Shown here: positions 11,136 to 21,531 of the stretch, piece after piece
Position numbering within the stretch: position 1 is the first letter of the stretch
How the letters are laid out: each line of letters begins with the position of its first letter
IMG/VR virus record: IMGVR_UViG_3300033070_001349
Location: 1-64,000 of that record
Origin: a virus
Taxonomy: Duplodnaviria; Caudoviricetes
Direction: 5' to 3' (one strand)
DNA length: 64,000 nucleotides
Notes under the pieces: model-generated
The model's database searches: none
Seen by the model: the letters and a program-made list of their open reading frames with translations, nothing else
Told to the model about the DNA's origin: nothing
Program-made: the position numbers and the translations under genes

Positions 11136-11984
11136 ATGAGCTACCTGATGCAGGGCACCCTCATCTCGGGGGGAGCGAACGCAGCCTGGACCTACGACGA
11201 TCCAGACCCCAACGGGGACCAGTACCCCGGAGGCCCAGGCCTCGTGAGCACCGCCTCGATCACGTCCCGCTTCATCGCCTCCGGGGGCGGAGGAGGCGGG
11301 GTGCCCACCTCCAGAACGATCACGGCGGCCTCGCCCCTCACGGGCGGCGGCGACCTGTCGACCAATCGGGCGATCGGGCTCAACCGGGCCGCCCTCGGGG
11401 CTGGGCCCGTCCCCAACGACCTGTCCACCGCCACCGCGACGAACGGGAACGGCTCGGCATCCGTCGTCTCGGCGAACGCTATCCTCTCCTATACCGACGT
11501 TCAGGATGGGGGTTACGGGCCCGGCATATGGACTGGTCCGCGCGTCCGCCTCCTCGGGGCCTTCCCCTTCGGGGGCGGCGCCCGATTCCAGTGCCGGGTC
11601 CTGTCCCTCATCGGAGACAACACGACCTATCTGCGCATCGGGTTCGTGGACGAAACGGCCAACGCCTTTTATGGGTTCAGGATCCGAGCCAGCGACGGGG
11701 CGTGCACCGCCTACCTCACGGGCGGGGCGCTCGCCTCCAGCGTCACACCGCTCGCGCTCGACGGGAGCGGTTATCTCGCCTGCGAGCGGCAGGGGGCCTC
11801 CTCTGTGTGGTACCGGGGCGACGGCACCCCCACCGTCCCCCCCGGGCCCCTCGACTGGGCCCCCTTCATCTCGTTCGCGAACACGGACGTGGTCACCCCG
11901 ACCTTCGTCATGGGGCTGGCCAAGAGCAACAACGGCATCGCGGGCTCCGCCAGCGTCGGGGGCATCATCCTCACTTCCCTGTGA
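11136..11984 (+). CDS. possible virion fibre/decoration protein
   Basis: Gly/Thr-rich; VPTSRTITAASPLTGGGDLSTNR resembles tail-fibre repeats; beta-rich C-terminal domain. Confidence 0.45.
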   Translation: MSYLMQGTLISGGANAAWTYDDPDPNGDQYPGGPGLVSTASITSRFIASGGGGGGVPTSRTITAASPLTGGGDLSTNRAIGLNRAALGAGPVPNDLSTATATNGNGSASVVSANAILSYTDVQDGGYGPGIWTGPRVRLLGAFPFGGGARFQCRVLSLIGDNTTYLRIGFVDETANAFYGFRIRASDGACTAYLTGGALASSVTPLALDGSGYLACERQGASSVWYRGDGTPTVPPGPLDWAPFISFANTDVVTPTFVMGLAKSNNGIAGSASVGGIILTSL

Positions 11985-11985
11985 G

Positions 11986-12013
11986 TTGACTCCCGCTGTT
12001 TATGTCCTAGATT
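11986..12013 (+). promoter_or_regulatory. class-I promoter, leaderless arrangement
   Basis: TTGACT-N16-TAGATT-N6-GTG(12020). Confidence 0.75.
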
Positions 12014-12019
12014 GAGGAG

Positions 12020-12727
12020 GTGCTGCACCTCCCCCTTGACCGGACGCAACGCGGCGCCGTCATCGACATCCTCGAAGCCCTCACCGCGATCCCCGTCGGG
12101 ACGCTCCACGACCGGGTCGACGCGGTTCAAGGGTTCGGCCCCCGCCGGGTGCTCTTCGACGGCGTCCCCCGGGAGCAACGCGGCTGGGTCACGCGCGACC
12201 CGATGGAGATGCGCGAGATCCTCCACACCCGCGACCGCTACCCCTTCGCTCCGGGCGAGGACCTCGAATGGTGGGACCCCACGGGCCCCAGGGATCCCCA
12301 GAGCCCGGCCGAGCTCCTGTCCGTTGCCATGCAGGGAAGCCACCGGCTCACGCGGATCCGAAACGTCCTCTCGGAGACACTCGGGGTGGGAAACCTCTTC
12401 TGGCGCCCCCTCGCCTCCGACGCCTTCGCCGCCTCCCTCTCCGGCACGATCGACGCGATCAACCGCTCAGGATGGGAGGCCTCGAAGGCACACCCCGTTC
12501 GGTCCATGTCCGTCCGGGTCTTCGCGGCGAATCAGGCCCCGAGGCTCGCCGCGATGCACCTCGGGCCGACCGACCACTGGCGCACGCCGAACGTCCTCCC
12601 CTCGGGGATGGAGCGGGTGTGGCGGGCCCTGAACTCCCTCGCGGGCGCCCCGATCGTGGTCTCCGAGGTCGACCCCTCGGCCCCCCGCGCGGGCTACCTG
12701 CTACTCCTCGACCGCGGCCTCATGTAG
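12020..12727 (+). CDS. hypothetical protein (distant member of the paralog family)
   Basis: PQSPAELLSVAMQG...LFWRPL. Confidence 0.55.
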   Translation: MLHLPLDRTQRGAVIDILEALTAIPVGTLHDRVDAVQGFGPRRVLFDGVPREQRGWVTRDPMEMREILHTRDRYPFAPGEDLEWWDPTGPRDPQSPAELLSVAMQGSHRLTRIRNVLSETLGVGNLFWRPLASDAFAASLSGTIDAINRSGWEASKAHPVRSMSVRVFAANQAPRLAAMHLGPTDHWRTPNVLPSGMERVWRALNSLAGAPIVVSEVDPSAPRAGYLLLLDRGLM

Positions 12728-12741
12728 AAGGACCCCACCCG

Positions 12742-13191
12742 ATGCCCCTGAAAGTCTACCTCGCCGGGACCCGGCACGACCCCAACCTCCAGGCCGTCAA
12801 GGCGCTGCTCCTCGAAGCGGGGTGCGAGCTCACGAGCCGCTGGCACGAGCTCCCCCCGGGCGACGTGGACGGCACCCCCGAGGCCCGCCAGCGGACCGCG
12901 GCGATGAACTACGACGACCTCCAGAAGGCCGACCTCGTGGTGGTGTCGGTCTACAAGGAACACCACCTCCGCGGCGCCCACGTCGAGGTGGGCTTCGCGA
13001 TCGGGAGGGGGATCCCCGTCCTGACCCTCGGCCCCGAGCCCATGAACACCATGACGGCGGTCCCGTCCGTTCACCACCTCTCGGAGAGTGATGAGGTGCG
13101 GGCCCGGGTGTCCCTGTGCGCGAAGGAGCTCGAAGCCAGCAAGGTCCGCCGCCTCGGGCTCGTCAAGCGGTGGGACGGGTTCGGCCGATGA
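12742..13191 (+). CDS. nucleoside 2-deoxyribosyltransferase-like / nucleotide N-hydrolase
   Basis: KVYLAG, DDLQKADLVV, GAHVEVGFAIGRGIPV. Confidence 0.75.
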   Translation: MPLKVYLAGTRHDPNLQAVKALLLEAGCELTSRWHELPPGDVDGTPEARQRTAAMNYDDLQKADLVVVSVYKEHHLRGAHVEVGFAIGRGIPVLTLGPEPMNTMTAVPSVHHLSESDEVRARVSLCAKELEASKVRRLGLVKRWDGFGR

Positions 13192-14718
13192 TCCACCTCG
13201 TCGCCGTGGACGGCACCCCCAACCCCACCGTCCCCTCGTCTCACGCCGGGCTCCTCGACCTCGACGGGGGGCCGCTCCTGCGGTCGCCTGACGGCCGCGC
13301 CCTCGGCCGGAACGACGCCCTGCGCCTCTACGTCTCGGGTCACATCGCGGCCCTCGTAACGCCGCTCGCGATCGAGCCTGAGAAGGCGGATGGCCGGGCC
13401 CTGTGCACCCCGCTCGCGTCGTGGCAGGCGGCCCCGGTGGGCGTCGGGGTGCTCGCGCGCCCAGAGTGCTGCTACACCGTCGAGTGGCTCGCCAGGGACG
13501 AGGCCCACGACCGACTCGTACGGTACGCCCAGGTCAAGCGAGAGCTCGCCGGGATCGCCGCTGTGCGTGGCCTCGTGGCCGACGCAGCGGTCCTGGCCCG
13601 CGAGGGCCTCAAGGCCGCTCCGCGCGAGGAGCCGGGCCTGTGGGCCAACCTCTACGCCGTCCTCTACGCGGTGAGCTCCGGGTCCTCCGTGTCGGCGCGG
13701 ATCGACCGGGAGATGGGGGCCGTCCTCGGCGAGGAGAGGGACAAGGCCGTTTCGTGGGGCGAGATCCTCGTGAAGGAGATGGGGCGGTGAGCTCGCGCCG
13801 CGACCGCGTACGCCGCTCCCCCTCGCCGGACCCGGTCACGATGCTCGCGGCCCCCGCCGCTGTGCTAGTGAACCCCGGCGAGCACCGCCCCCCGTCCGTA
13901 GTGCTACGGCTCCCCGGGACGGACGCCCACATGAGCGCTGAGAGCGCCGAGGCCCTCGCCGACGAGCTCCGCCGCGCCGCGAAGGTCCTGCGCGAGATGC
14001 CCCTCCCTACCCCCGAGCCCCCCGCGTGGAAGAAACCCAGCCGATGACCCTCTCGACCCTCCAGCGCACCACCCCCGGCAACGACTTCGACCTCTCCGCG
14101 TGGCGCTCCCGCGAGGGAGGGGCGCTCCGCCTCCTCGACCCGGCCCTGGCGTGGCGTCTCCAGAGCACCGAGGAGGTGTGGTCGATCGAGGCCTTCGACG
14201 GCGAGAAGACTCCCGCGGCCGTCACCTGGACCCCACGCGGCTTCACCGCCGACACGGGGGCCTACTCCGTCATCGCCCCCACCATCGGGGAGTGCCTCAC
14301 CGCCTACGCCCTCCTCTCCGACATCATCGAGCCGGTGGGGTGCCTCGACCCCGAGGGCGCCCCGACCGAGTGGTCTCTCGGCCGGGTGCACACGGGGGCC
14401 GAACGCTTCGGACTCATCGGGGTCGACCGCTGGCGCTCGATCGCGCTATGCCCCGAGAGCCTGAGGACCGCCTACACGGGCATGGCCCGCTCCCTCAGGG
14501 CCTACGTCCTCGATCGGAGCTTCCACCAGATCGTCGCGGCGGCCATGACCGGGACGGCCGTGGCGCGGATCCTCCTCGCCGCTCAGGAGCGCTTCGGAGT
14601 GCCCCTCGGCGCCGAGGCCGAGGAGCTCCGATCCATCGCCCGCCTCTCCGCCCGACCCTTCCACGTCGAAGTCCGTCACGGCCGGGGCGTGTGGATGCGA
14701 CTCCCCGATAGGGAGTGA
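13188..14718 (+). CDS. three hypothetical genes
   Basis: 13188-13790, 13787-14047, 14044-14718, coupled by 4-bp overlaps. Confidence 0.55.
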
Positions 14719-14724
14719 CCAGTC

Positions 14725-14740
14725 GGAGTCACATGACTCC
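14725..14740. repeat. 16-bp palindrome, copy 4 (3 bp upstream of a -35)
   Basis: GGAGTCA-CA-TGACTCC, perfect arms. Confidence 0.92.
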
Positions 14741-14743
14741 GGC

Positions 14744-14771
14744 TTGACTCGCCTGTTCTGTGCGCTACATA
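14744..14771 (+). promoter_or_regulatory. class-I promoter, leaderless arrangement
   Basis: TTGACT-N16-TACATA-N6-GTG(14778). Confidence 0.65.
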
Positions 14772-14777
14772 GAAGAG

Positions 14778-17700
14778 GTGCCCCGCCGCCCCCTCCACGA
14801 GATATTCGACCGAGCCGCCCGGTCCCTCTGGCTATCGACGGAGCCGGACGCCGAGACCTTCCTCCACGAGCTCGCCCACTGGATCGAGCGTGGCCGGGCC
14901 TGGAGGGACCTCTACGGCAAGAGCTGGGGGTGGCTGCTCTGGGCCAACAGCAAGGCCCTCCGAGCCCTGCGCAACTGCGAGGACATCGACCTCCGCGGGG
15001 ACGCGACGACCGTGGGGATGGTCCGACTCTACCGGATCGAGGTCCGGGTCCTGGCGGTGGTCCGGCCGGCCTTCCGAACGATCGACCTCCGCGGCCCCGT
15101 CCGGGTCCTCCGTCGGAACTTCAAGGACGAGTACGGCCTCGCGGGGGTCCTCCTCGGGGAGTCGGTCGAGCGGGACATCACGGCCGCCGCCAAGACCGCC
15201 ACGTCCAAGCGCCTTGCGGCCAAGCTCCGCCGCCTCGTCCTGAAGGCGGGCGCGTGAGCGCCGAGGCGGTCAAAAAGGCGCTACTCGGCGCCATCGAGGG
15301 ATGGCCCGACACCCCCGATCGGCCCTGGTTCACGCACCCCTGGCGCGGTCGGATCGACGCGGTGTTGCAGGCCCTCTCCGACTACCCCGGGGAGAACACC
15401 CGCACCCTGATCGAGGCCTTCGCGACCCGGGGCCTGTGGCCGGAGGAGTGGGTCGAGTTCGTAACCTCGGACGCCAGGGACCAGCGCAACCTCGCGCTCG
15501 GGCGCGAGAGCCCCCTTCGGTTCACGAAGTCCGACCTCGGGCCCTACCACCGGGAGCCGTGCTTCGCCGGATGGTGCAGTTGGTGCGACGGCTGGCCCTA
15601 CCCCCCGGACCCGGTCCACCTCGCGATCCTGGCCTGCCGCGGGGTAGAGGCCCTCCGCACCCTCCCCGTCCTCGCCCGCGAGTCCCTCAAGGTCGATCGG
15701 GTGATCCTCCGGCCCTGGACGCCCGCGAGGAAAGAGAACCTCGGGCTCGCTGCCGACCCGGCCGAGAGGCACCTCCGCGAGGCTGGGTGGTTGTCCCGCC
15801 GTGTGGTCGATCGGACCATCGGCCCCCCGGTTCGGACCCTCACCAATTCCCCCTTTCGTACCTACCGCCGCGTCATCATCCTCTTCCCCAACCCCCGAGA
15901 CCCCAACCCCGTGAGCACCCCATGAGCGAAAAGCACCCGGACGCGAGCCCCTTCTCGCCCCGCCACGCGATCCTCGACAAGATCGTGCAGGCCCTCCTTT
16001 ACAACACCGACGCCTACGAGCTCCTCATGGGCAGGGTGTGGGAGACCTGGACCGACGAGCAACGGAAGGAGATTGCCGACCGGGCCTACACCCTGGCCCT
16101 CGCGCGGCTCGACGTGGTCGTCCCTCACTCGATCCGCACGCTCGGCGCCGGGTCGGCGAAGGGCCAGATCAACCTCTTCGCCGACCACGTCAAGGCGTCC
16201 ATCCGCCGGGCCTTCGACGATCGGAAGGTCGAGGGGTCCATCCGCGAGCTCGTGACCTCCCACCTCGACGAGACCCTCTCCTCGCTCCGCGAGACGGTCA
16301 CGAAGACCGCCGGGGACCGGGCCCGCGAGATCCTCGTCCAGGTCGCCGACCGCATCGACGCGCAGACCGCCAGGAGCCTCATCCGGGACGCCCTCCTCGG
16401 GGAGAAGGGGCGGGGCTAGGCCGTGACCAACTACGAGGAGATGAAGGCGATCCGCGAGAAGGTCCGAGCCGCGCTCGGGGCCGCTGGGTTCCGCGAGTGC
16501 TCGGTGGGGCGCCACGGTGGGGGTCGTGCGAGATACCGCGACGAGGAGGGTTTTCGGATCATGGAATCCATCTACTCCCCCGACGCCTTCGTGAAGCCTG
16601 TCGGCCACGCAGTGGTCGGGGTGTCCTGCCGGGGGGATAGGAAGAGCGAGTTGCGGCGCTACCTCGCCGCCCTGGCGAAGGTCGGGTTCGAGGCGTACCT
16701 GTGCGGTCACGGCGGGCGGAAGACCCCGGCCGTGTGGATCAAGGCGGCTTCGTGAGGGGCGCGCAGTACGACCGCTTCGTAGCCGTCCGCGACCGGGTTC
16801 GAGCCGTGCTCGACGCTGCGGGGCACACCGAGCACGGACCCGACAGCCCCAACGGCTACAAGGTCCTGTGGGCCCTCGTCCCGCCCAAAGGCTTCCCCGT
16901 GACCGAGGGAGAGCCCATCGTGTCGATCGGGTCGCCTGACGAGTCCCTCCTCGCCGGGTACCTCGCGACCCTCCGGGCGGCGGGCTTCACCGCCGAAATC
17001 GCCAGAACCCGCGTACAAGACGCCTCGGCCGTGTGGATCCACCGGGTACTCGCGAACCCCACGGGAGTATCTCCGACGCCATGAAGAAGAAGCGGCCCCA
17101 GCCCATGTGCTTCTACGTGACCCAGTTCGAGGCCGTGTGGCGGCTCACCGAGAACGCCCTCCGCCGCATCCTGAAAGCGGGCGCGGCCGGAGGTCCCTCG
17201 ATCGGGGGGGAGGGCGTGACCCGGCTCCGCGTGAGGCTCTCCGCCGCCGGGTTCAGGCGGCGGGAGGGCGGGCCCCCCAAGAGCTGGCGGCGGAGGCACA
17301 TCGTCCTCCTCCAGCCCCTCGACCAGCCCCCGGAGTGGTTCCGCTCCATGCTCGCGGCCCTCGACCGCCAGGACTTCGACGAGATGCGCGGCTTCATCGG
17401 AGTGGAGCCGTAGCCGTGGCGTTCGTCGTGTCACTCGGAGAGGGGACCATGCGTCGTCTGTCCGCCATCGCGCGGAAGTTCAACCTCCTCGACCGGGACC
17501 GAGGCCCCCAGGTCACGTTTCGCGATGGCACCCGCGACGGCCGGGCCCGGATCGATTACGCCGCCATGGCCCAGCTCGCGGTCCTGTTCGCCCTCAACCA
17601 CCGCGAGGACTTCGAGCGCTTCGTGGCCGCCAACACGTCCCAGGGCCCCAAGGGGCCCGAGAAGCCGGGGGAGTGACCCGTGGCCCTTTACAACCTCCAC

Positions 17701-18629
17701 TGCGGCCGGGCGGGCACCGTCCTCTTCCGCAAGAATCACCGGGGCACCCTCCGAGGAGCGGTCTCGAAGGCCCGCCGGATCCTCTCCCGGTCCGAGCGGG
17801 AGGCGATGGCCTGTCAGGTCGACCTCCCCGAGGTCTCGCGCGTGACCATCTACCGCCACAACGTCGGGCCGAACGAGTCCGCCGGGTGGTCCCATTCCCT
17901 CGTGGCCGAGGTGCCCAGACGGCGCCCGACCCTCTACTACCAAGGCCTCCGCCGCGTCCTGAACCCCCCGAGGGAACCACGCCGATGACCGACCCGATCG
18001 ACCTCAAGACCCTGCGCGAGGCCCCCCTCGCCGACGCGGAGAAGCGCGACCCCTTCCTCCACTATCGGGCCCACACCGAGACCCCTACGCGGGTCACCCT
18101 GAAGAGGGCCGCCCATCCCAGGCTTCTCACGATCGTCTCCGTCCACCACGGAGCGATCTTCGTGGCCGGGGCGGGCACCGACCTCTACCTCCACCCGGTC
18201 AACGGTCCGGCCGCGGGCGAGGAGCCCTCGCTTCGCGTCCTCGTCCGCGACAAGCTCGCCCTCCCCCTCTCGGACCTCCACGAGATGGCCGAGCGGTCCT
18301 CGGGGCGCAAGCTCCGGGACTTCTGCGGGGCGGCGATGGCCCCGGGGATCGAGGCGCTCAGGAACGAGCTCCGGCCGACGATCGAGCTCGCCGACCACCC
18401 CAACCGGCACACGGTCGCCCGGTACGACCGGCTCGGAGACTTCGCCCGGAAGCTCAAGGGCGGCGACTACGACTTCGACGAGGATACAGCGATGGAGGCC
18501 GCCGAGGAGGCCCAGAGCTGTGGGGTGGAGCACCTCTATGAGGAGGCCTGGGCGTACGACACCCGCTTCGTCCACACCGTCCTCGCCCTGCGCGCCGCCG
18601 TTCGGGCCTTCGAGTGGAATCGACAATAG
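14778..18629 (+). CDS. run of nine hypothetical genes
   Basis: 14778-15257, 15254-15925 (paralog family), 15922-16419, 16423-16755 and 16752-17084 (tandem paralogs), 17081-17413, 17416-17676, 17680-17988, 17985-18629. Confidence 0.55.
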
Positions 18630-18633
18630 GGCC

Positions 18634-18661
18634 TTGACGGTCCTATTCCATGCGCTAGATT
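18634..18661 (+). promoter_or_regulatory. class-I promoter
   Basis: AATCGAC-N9-TTGACG-N16-TAGATT. Confidence 0.8.
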
Positions 18662-18684
18662 GAGGGTATCCCAGAGGTGCCGTC

Positions 18685-19587
18685 GTGAACTACCCTCCTC
18701 CGCTCCCTCCTCCCGCTCCGCTCCACCCTCACCTGAGTGCCGCCCTCTTTGCTGAGTCGGCCCGCCTTCGAGCGGCACTCGCGGCCGTCGAAGCGCGCCA
18801 GAAGACCGTCAAGATGATGAATCACGCCGCGAGCAAGGTGTGGACGCTGGAGTGCGAAATCGCGCGCCTCTCCCGTCGGTCGAGTCACGCCCTCGTTTCC
18901 CCCGCCCGGCAGGCCAAGGCGGCAGCGCGAGCCGGGGCCCTCGGGGCCGGTCTTATGACCGCCCGAAGGGAGCTCGCGGAGGCGGAAGCCCTGGTACTCG
19001 CCGAGGCCGCCACCACCACCGAACGGAAGGGCTGAACGATGACCACCTACGACGAAACCATGCGCCGGGCCCAGGACGAGGAGTTTGAGGCCGCGAACCG
19101 CGGGCACGCGGTGCTCCGGTACCTCCTCGCGGGGGCCTTCTTCTCAGGAGCCACATGGCTCCGGTCCCTCGTGGTGTCGTCCGCCCACCACCACGGCGGG
19201 ACGGCCATCCTGAACGCCACCCCTGAGATGCCGAGCCCCTACAAGGAGGCGGTCCTCGCCACCTTCGCGACCCTCAAGGCGAACGCGCGCGAGCAGTATG
19301 GCGGCCCGGAGCCCCGCCTCGCGAAGGCCGCCCGCATCCACGCCGACCTCGATGCGATCCTCGCGCCCATCCCCGAGCTCCCGGCGGACCGGGCCATCGT
19401 CTACACCGCGGACCAGCCCGCCCACGAGGCCCGCAAGGTCCGCACGGGCAAGACCTTCGTCGAGTACAAGCTCGACCGCACGGGCGAGCTCGTGAAGGTG
19501 GGGATCGGGAAGCACACCACCGAGTGGACCCTCGCCTTCCTCCCGGACCGCCCCGTCCGCCCTGCCCCGAAAGGATCTACCCCGTGA
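18685..19587 (+). CDS. two hypothetical genes
   Basis: 18685-19035, 19039-19587. Confidence 0.55.
19147..19162. repeat. 16-bp palindrome, copy 5 (in CDS)
   Basis: GGAGCCA-CA-TGGCTCC, perfect arms. Confidence 0.92.
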
Positions 19588-20321
19588 AGATCATCCACCA
19601 GCTAGCCTCCCCGAGCCTCCCCGTCCTGGCCGCGATGGTGGGCGACAACAGGCTCGTTCCCTCCCCCCTCCGGCCGATCGACCCGCAGTGGAGGACCGAC
19701 GAGACCCTCGCCCTCCACGACAGCGTCGCGAAGGGCTACCCCATCGGCCAGATCACCGTCTACCGGGCCCCCTTCGGGAAGCCCCCTCTCGGGGTCCACC
19801 TCAAGGCCCGCGAGCTCGTGATCGACGGCCACGAGCGGCTCTGCGCCCTGATCGAGCCGCTCTACTCCGGGCTCGACTCCGTCTGGTACGATGTGGGCCG
19901 CGGGGTCTACACCTTCTCGGGGGGCCCGGCCGGGTCGGGGCTCTTCCCCCTGTCCGCCATCCCCTCGACGCTCCTCGTCGAGCAGTGGGTCCGCGCGGAG
20001 TTCGAGGCCCTGCCGAACGACCCGCGGGCGAAGGTGCACGCCGAGGGGGCCTGGAACCTCGTCTCGACCTACCGCGACCTCGCGATCCCCGTCGCGACCA
20101 TCATCGCCCCCGGCGGCTTCCCCGCCGAGATGGAGCGCGAGCTCTACGCCCGGCTCAACCCCGGCCGAGCGCTCCCGGCGCCCATCGTCGAGGCGCCCCC
20201 TGAGCGGTGCCCGAAGTGCGGGAGCGTGGCCCTCCTCGGGGCCACCCTCGGCCAGAAGGGGACCTACCTCGCGTGTCCCGACTCCGGGTGCCCCAACTCG
20301 TTCGGGTACGAGGGGCGGTAG
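19584..20321 (+). CDS. DUF262 (GmrSD-N / ParB-Srx fold)-like protein with a C-terminal Zn ribbon
   Basis: QW..DETLALHDSVAKGYPIG, LVIDGHERL, LYARLN; CPKCG...CPDSGC. Confidence 0.65.
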   Translation: MKIIHQLASPSLPVLAAMVGDNRLVPSPLRPIDPQWRTDETLALHDSVAKGYPIGQITVYRAPFGKPPLGVHLKARELVIDGHERLCALIEPLYSGLDSVWYDVGRGVYTFSGGPAGSGLFPLSAIPSTLLVEQWVRAEFEALPNDPRAKVHAEGAWNLVSTYRDLAIPVATIIAPGGFPAEMERELYARLNPGRALPAPIVEAPPERCPKCGSVALLGATLGQKGTYLACPDSGCPNSFGYEGR

Positions 20322-20347
20322 CCGCCGCAGGAATCGACACCGGGGGC

Positions 20348-20376
20348 TTGACTACACGAAAGCCATGCGCTAGATA
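20348..20376 (+). promoter_or_regulatory. class-I promoter
   Basis: AATCGAC-N9-TTGACT-N17-TAGATA. Confidence 0.75.
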
Positions 20377-20399
20377 GTACCCCAGAGGCAACGAGGACC

Positions 20400-21515
20400 A
20401 TGAAGACCCGCACCGCCAAGCCCCGCTCCGCCGCCGAGTCCCTCCTCCTCATGTCCCCCCTCATGGGCGCGGCGGCGGGCGATGCTCTCGGCACCACCCT
20501 GGAGTTCAGCCGCCCGAAGGCCCTCCCGTGGGACTTCTCGGCCCAGTACAAGCACACGACCATCACGGGGGGCGGTCCCTTCGGCGTCCGCATCGGCCAG
20601 ATCACGGACGACACGATGATGGCCGCGGCCATCGCGGGGTCGCTCACCGCGCGCGGCGCCTTCGTCCCCTCGGACGTGGCCCGTCGGTACGCAGCGTGGG
20701 TCCGGGTCACCTTCGACAAGGGCGGGACGTGCGCCTCGGCGTGCTCGATCCTCGGCGACTGCCTCGGGCGCGCGAAGGAAGGCATGGAAGGGGCGCTCCT
20801 CCGCGCCGTGAGCCCCTCGTTCAACAGCCGGGCGAACGGCGCCCTCATGCGGGCCACCCCGCTCGCGGTCTTCCGCTTCCGCAACCGTCGGGCGGTCCTG
20901 CGCCACGCGATGCTGGACGCGATGCTCTCGCACAAGTCGCCGCACTGCATCATCCAGAACGCGGCGTACTGCGTGTCGATCGCCGCGGCCCTCGTGACCC
21001 GCTCCTCGGGCGTGACCTCGATCCCGCTCGTCCTCTCGGCGGCCCTCAAGGGCGCCAAGTGGGCGGTCCGCGAGGCGGCCGAGGTCCTGCGCGACGGTTT
21101 CGACTTCACCGCGGACCAGATCGCCGAGGCCGTGTGGGACACCCTCACCGACCTCTCCCTCGGGCAGGCGGACGACCCGGTGCTCTACGGGGAGAACGGC
21201 GACAACGTGAACATCACGGGCTCTACGGGCTACTGCCGGGTGGGCTTCAGGATGGCGTGGTGGGAGGCCTTCCACGCCGCGAGCTACACCGCGGGGATCG
21301 TCGACTGCGTCAACCGCGGTGGCGACGCCGACACCAACGGCGCGATCGTCGGCGGGTTCCTCGGGGCGGTCTTCGGCATCGGGGGCCGCAAGGGCATCCC
21401 CACCGGCTGGGTTCAGCTCGTCCTGACCGCGAAGACCCGCCAGGGTGGCACCCTGGACACCGAGTTCCACCCCAAGGTCTTCGAGGCCTTCGTCGAGTCC
21501 TGCCCCGTCCGCTGA
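20400..21515 (+). CDS. ADP-ribosylglycohydrolase (DraG/ARH family)
   Basis: GDALG, TDDT, NGALMR, GGDADTNGAIVG. Confidence 0.92.
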   Translation: MKTRTAKPRSAAESLLLMSPLMGAAAGDALGTTLEFSRPKALPWDFSAQYKHTTITGGGPFGVRIGQITDDTMMAAAIAGSLTARGAFVPSDVARRYAAWVRVTFDKGGTCASACSILGDCLGRAKEGMEGALLRAVSPSFNSRANGALMRATPLAVFRFRNRRAVLRHAMLDAMLSHKSPHCIIQNAAYCVSIAAALVTRSSGVTSIPLVLSAALKGAKWAVREAAEVLRDGFDFTADQIAEAVWDTLTDLSLGQADDPVLYGENGDNVNITGSTGYCRVGFRMAWWEAFHAASYTAGIVDCVNRGGDADTNGAIVGGFLGAVFGIGGRKGIPTGWVQLVLTAKTRQGGTLDTEFHPKVFEAFVESCPVR

Positions 21516-21531
21516 GAGGAGCACACCCCCC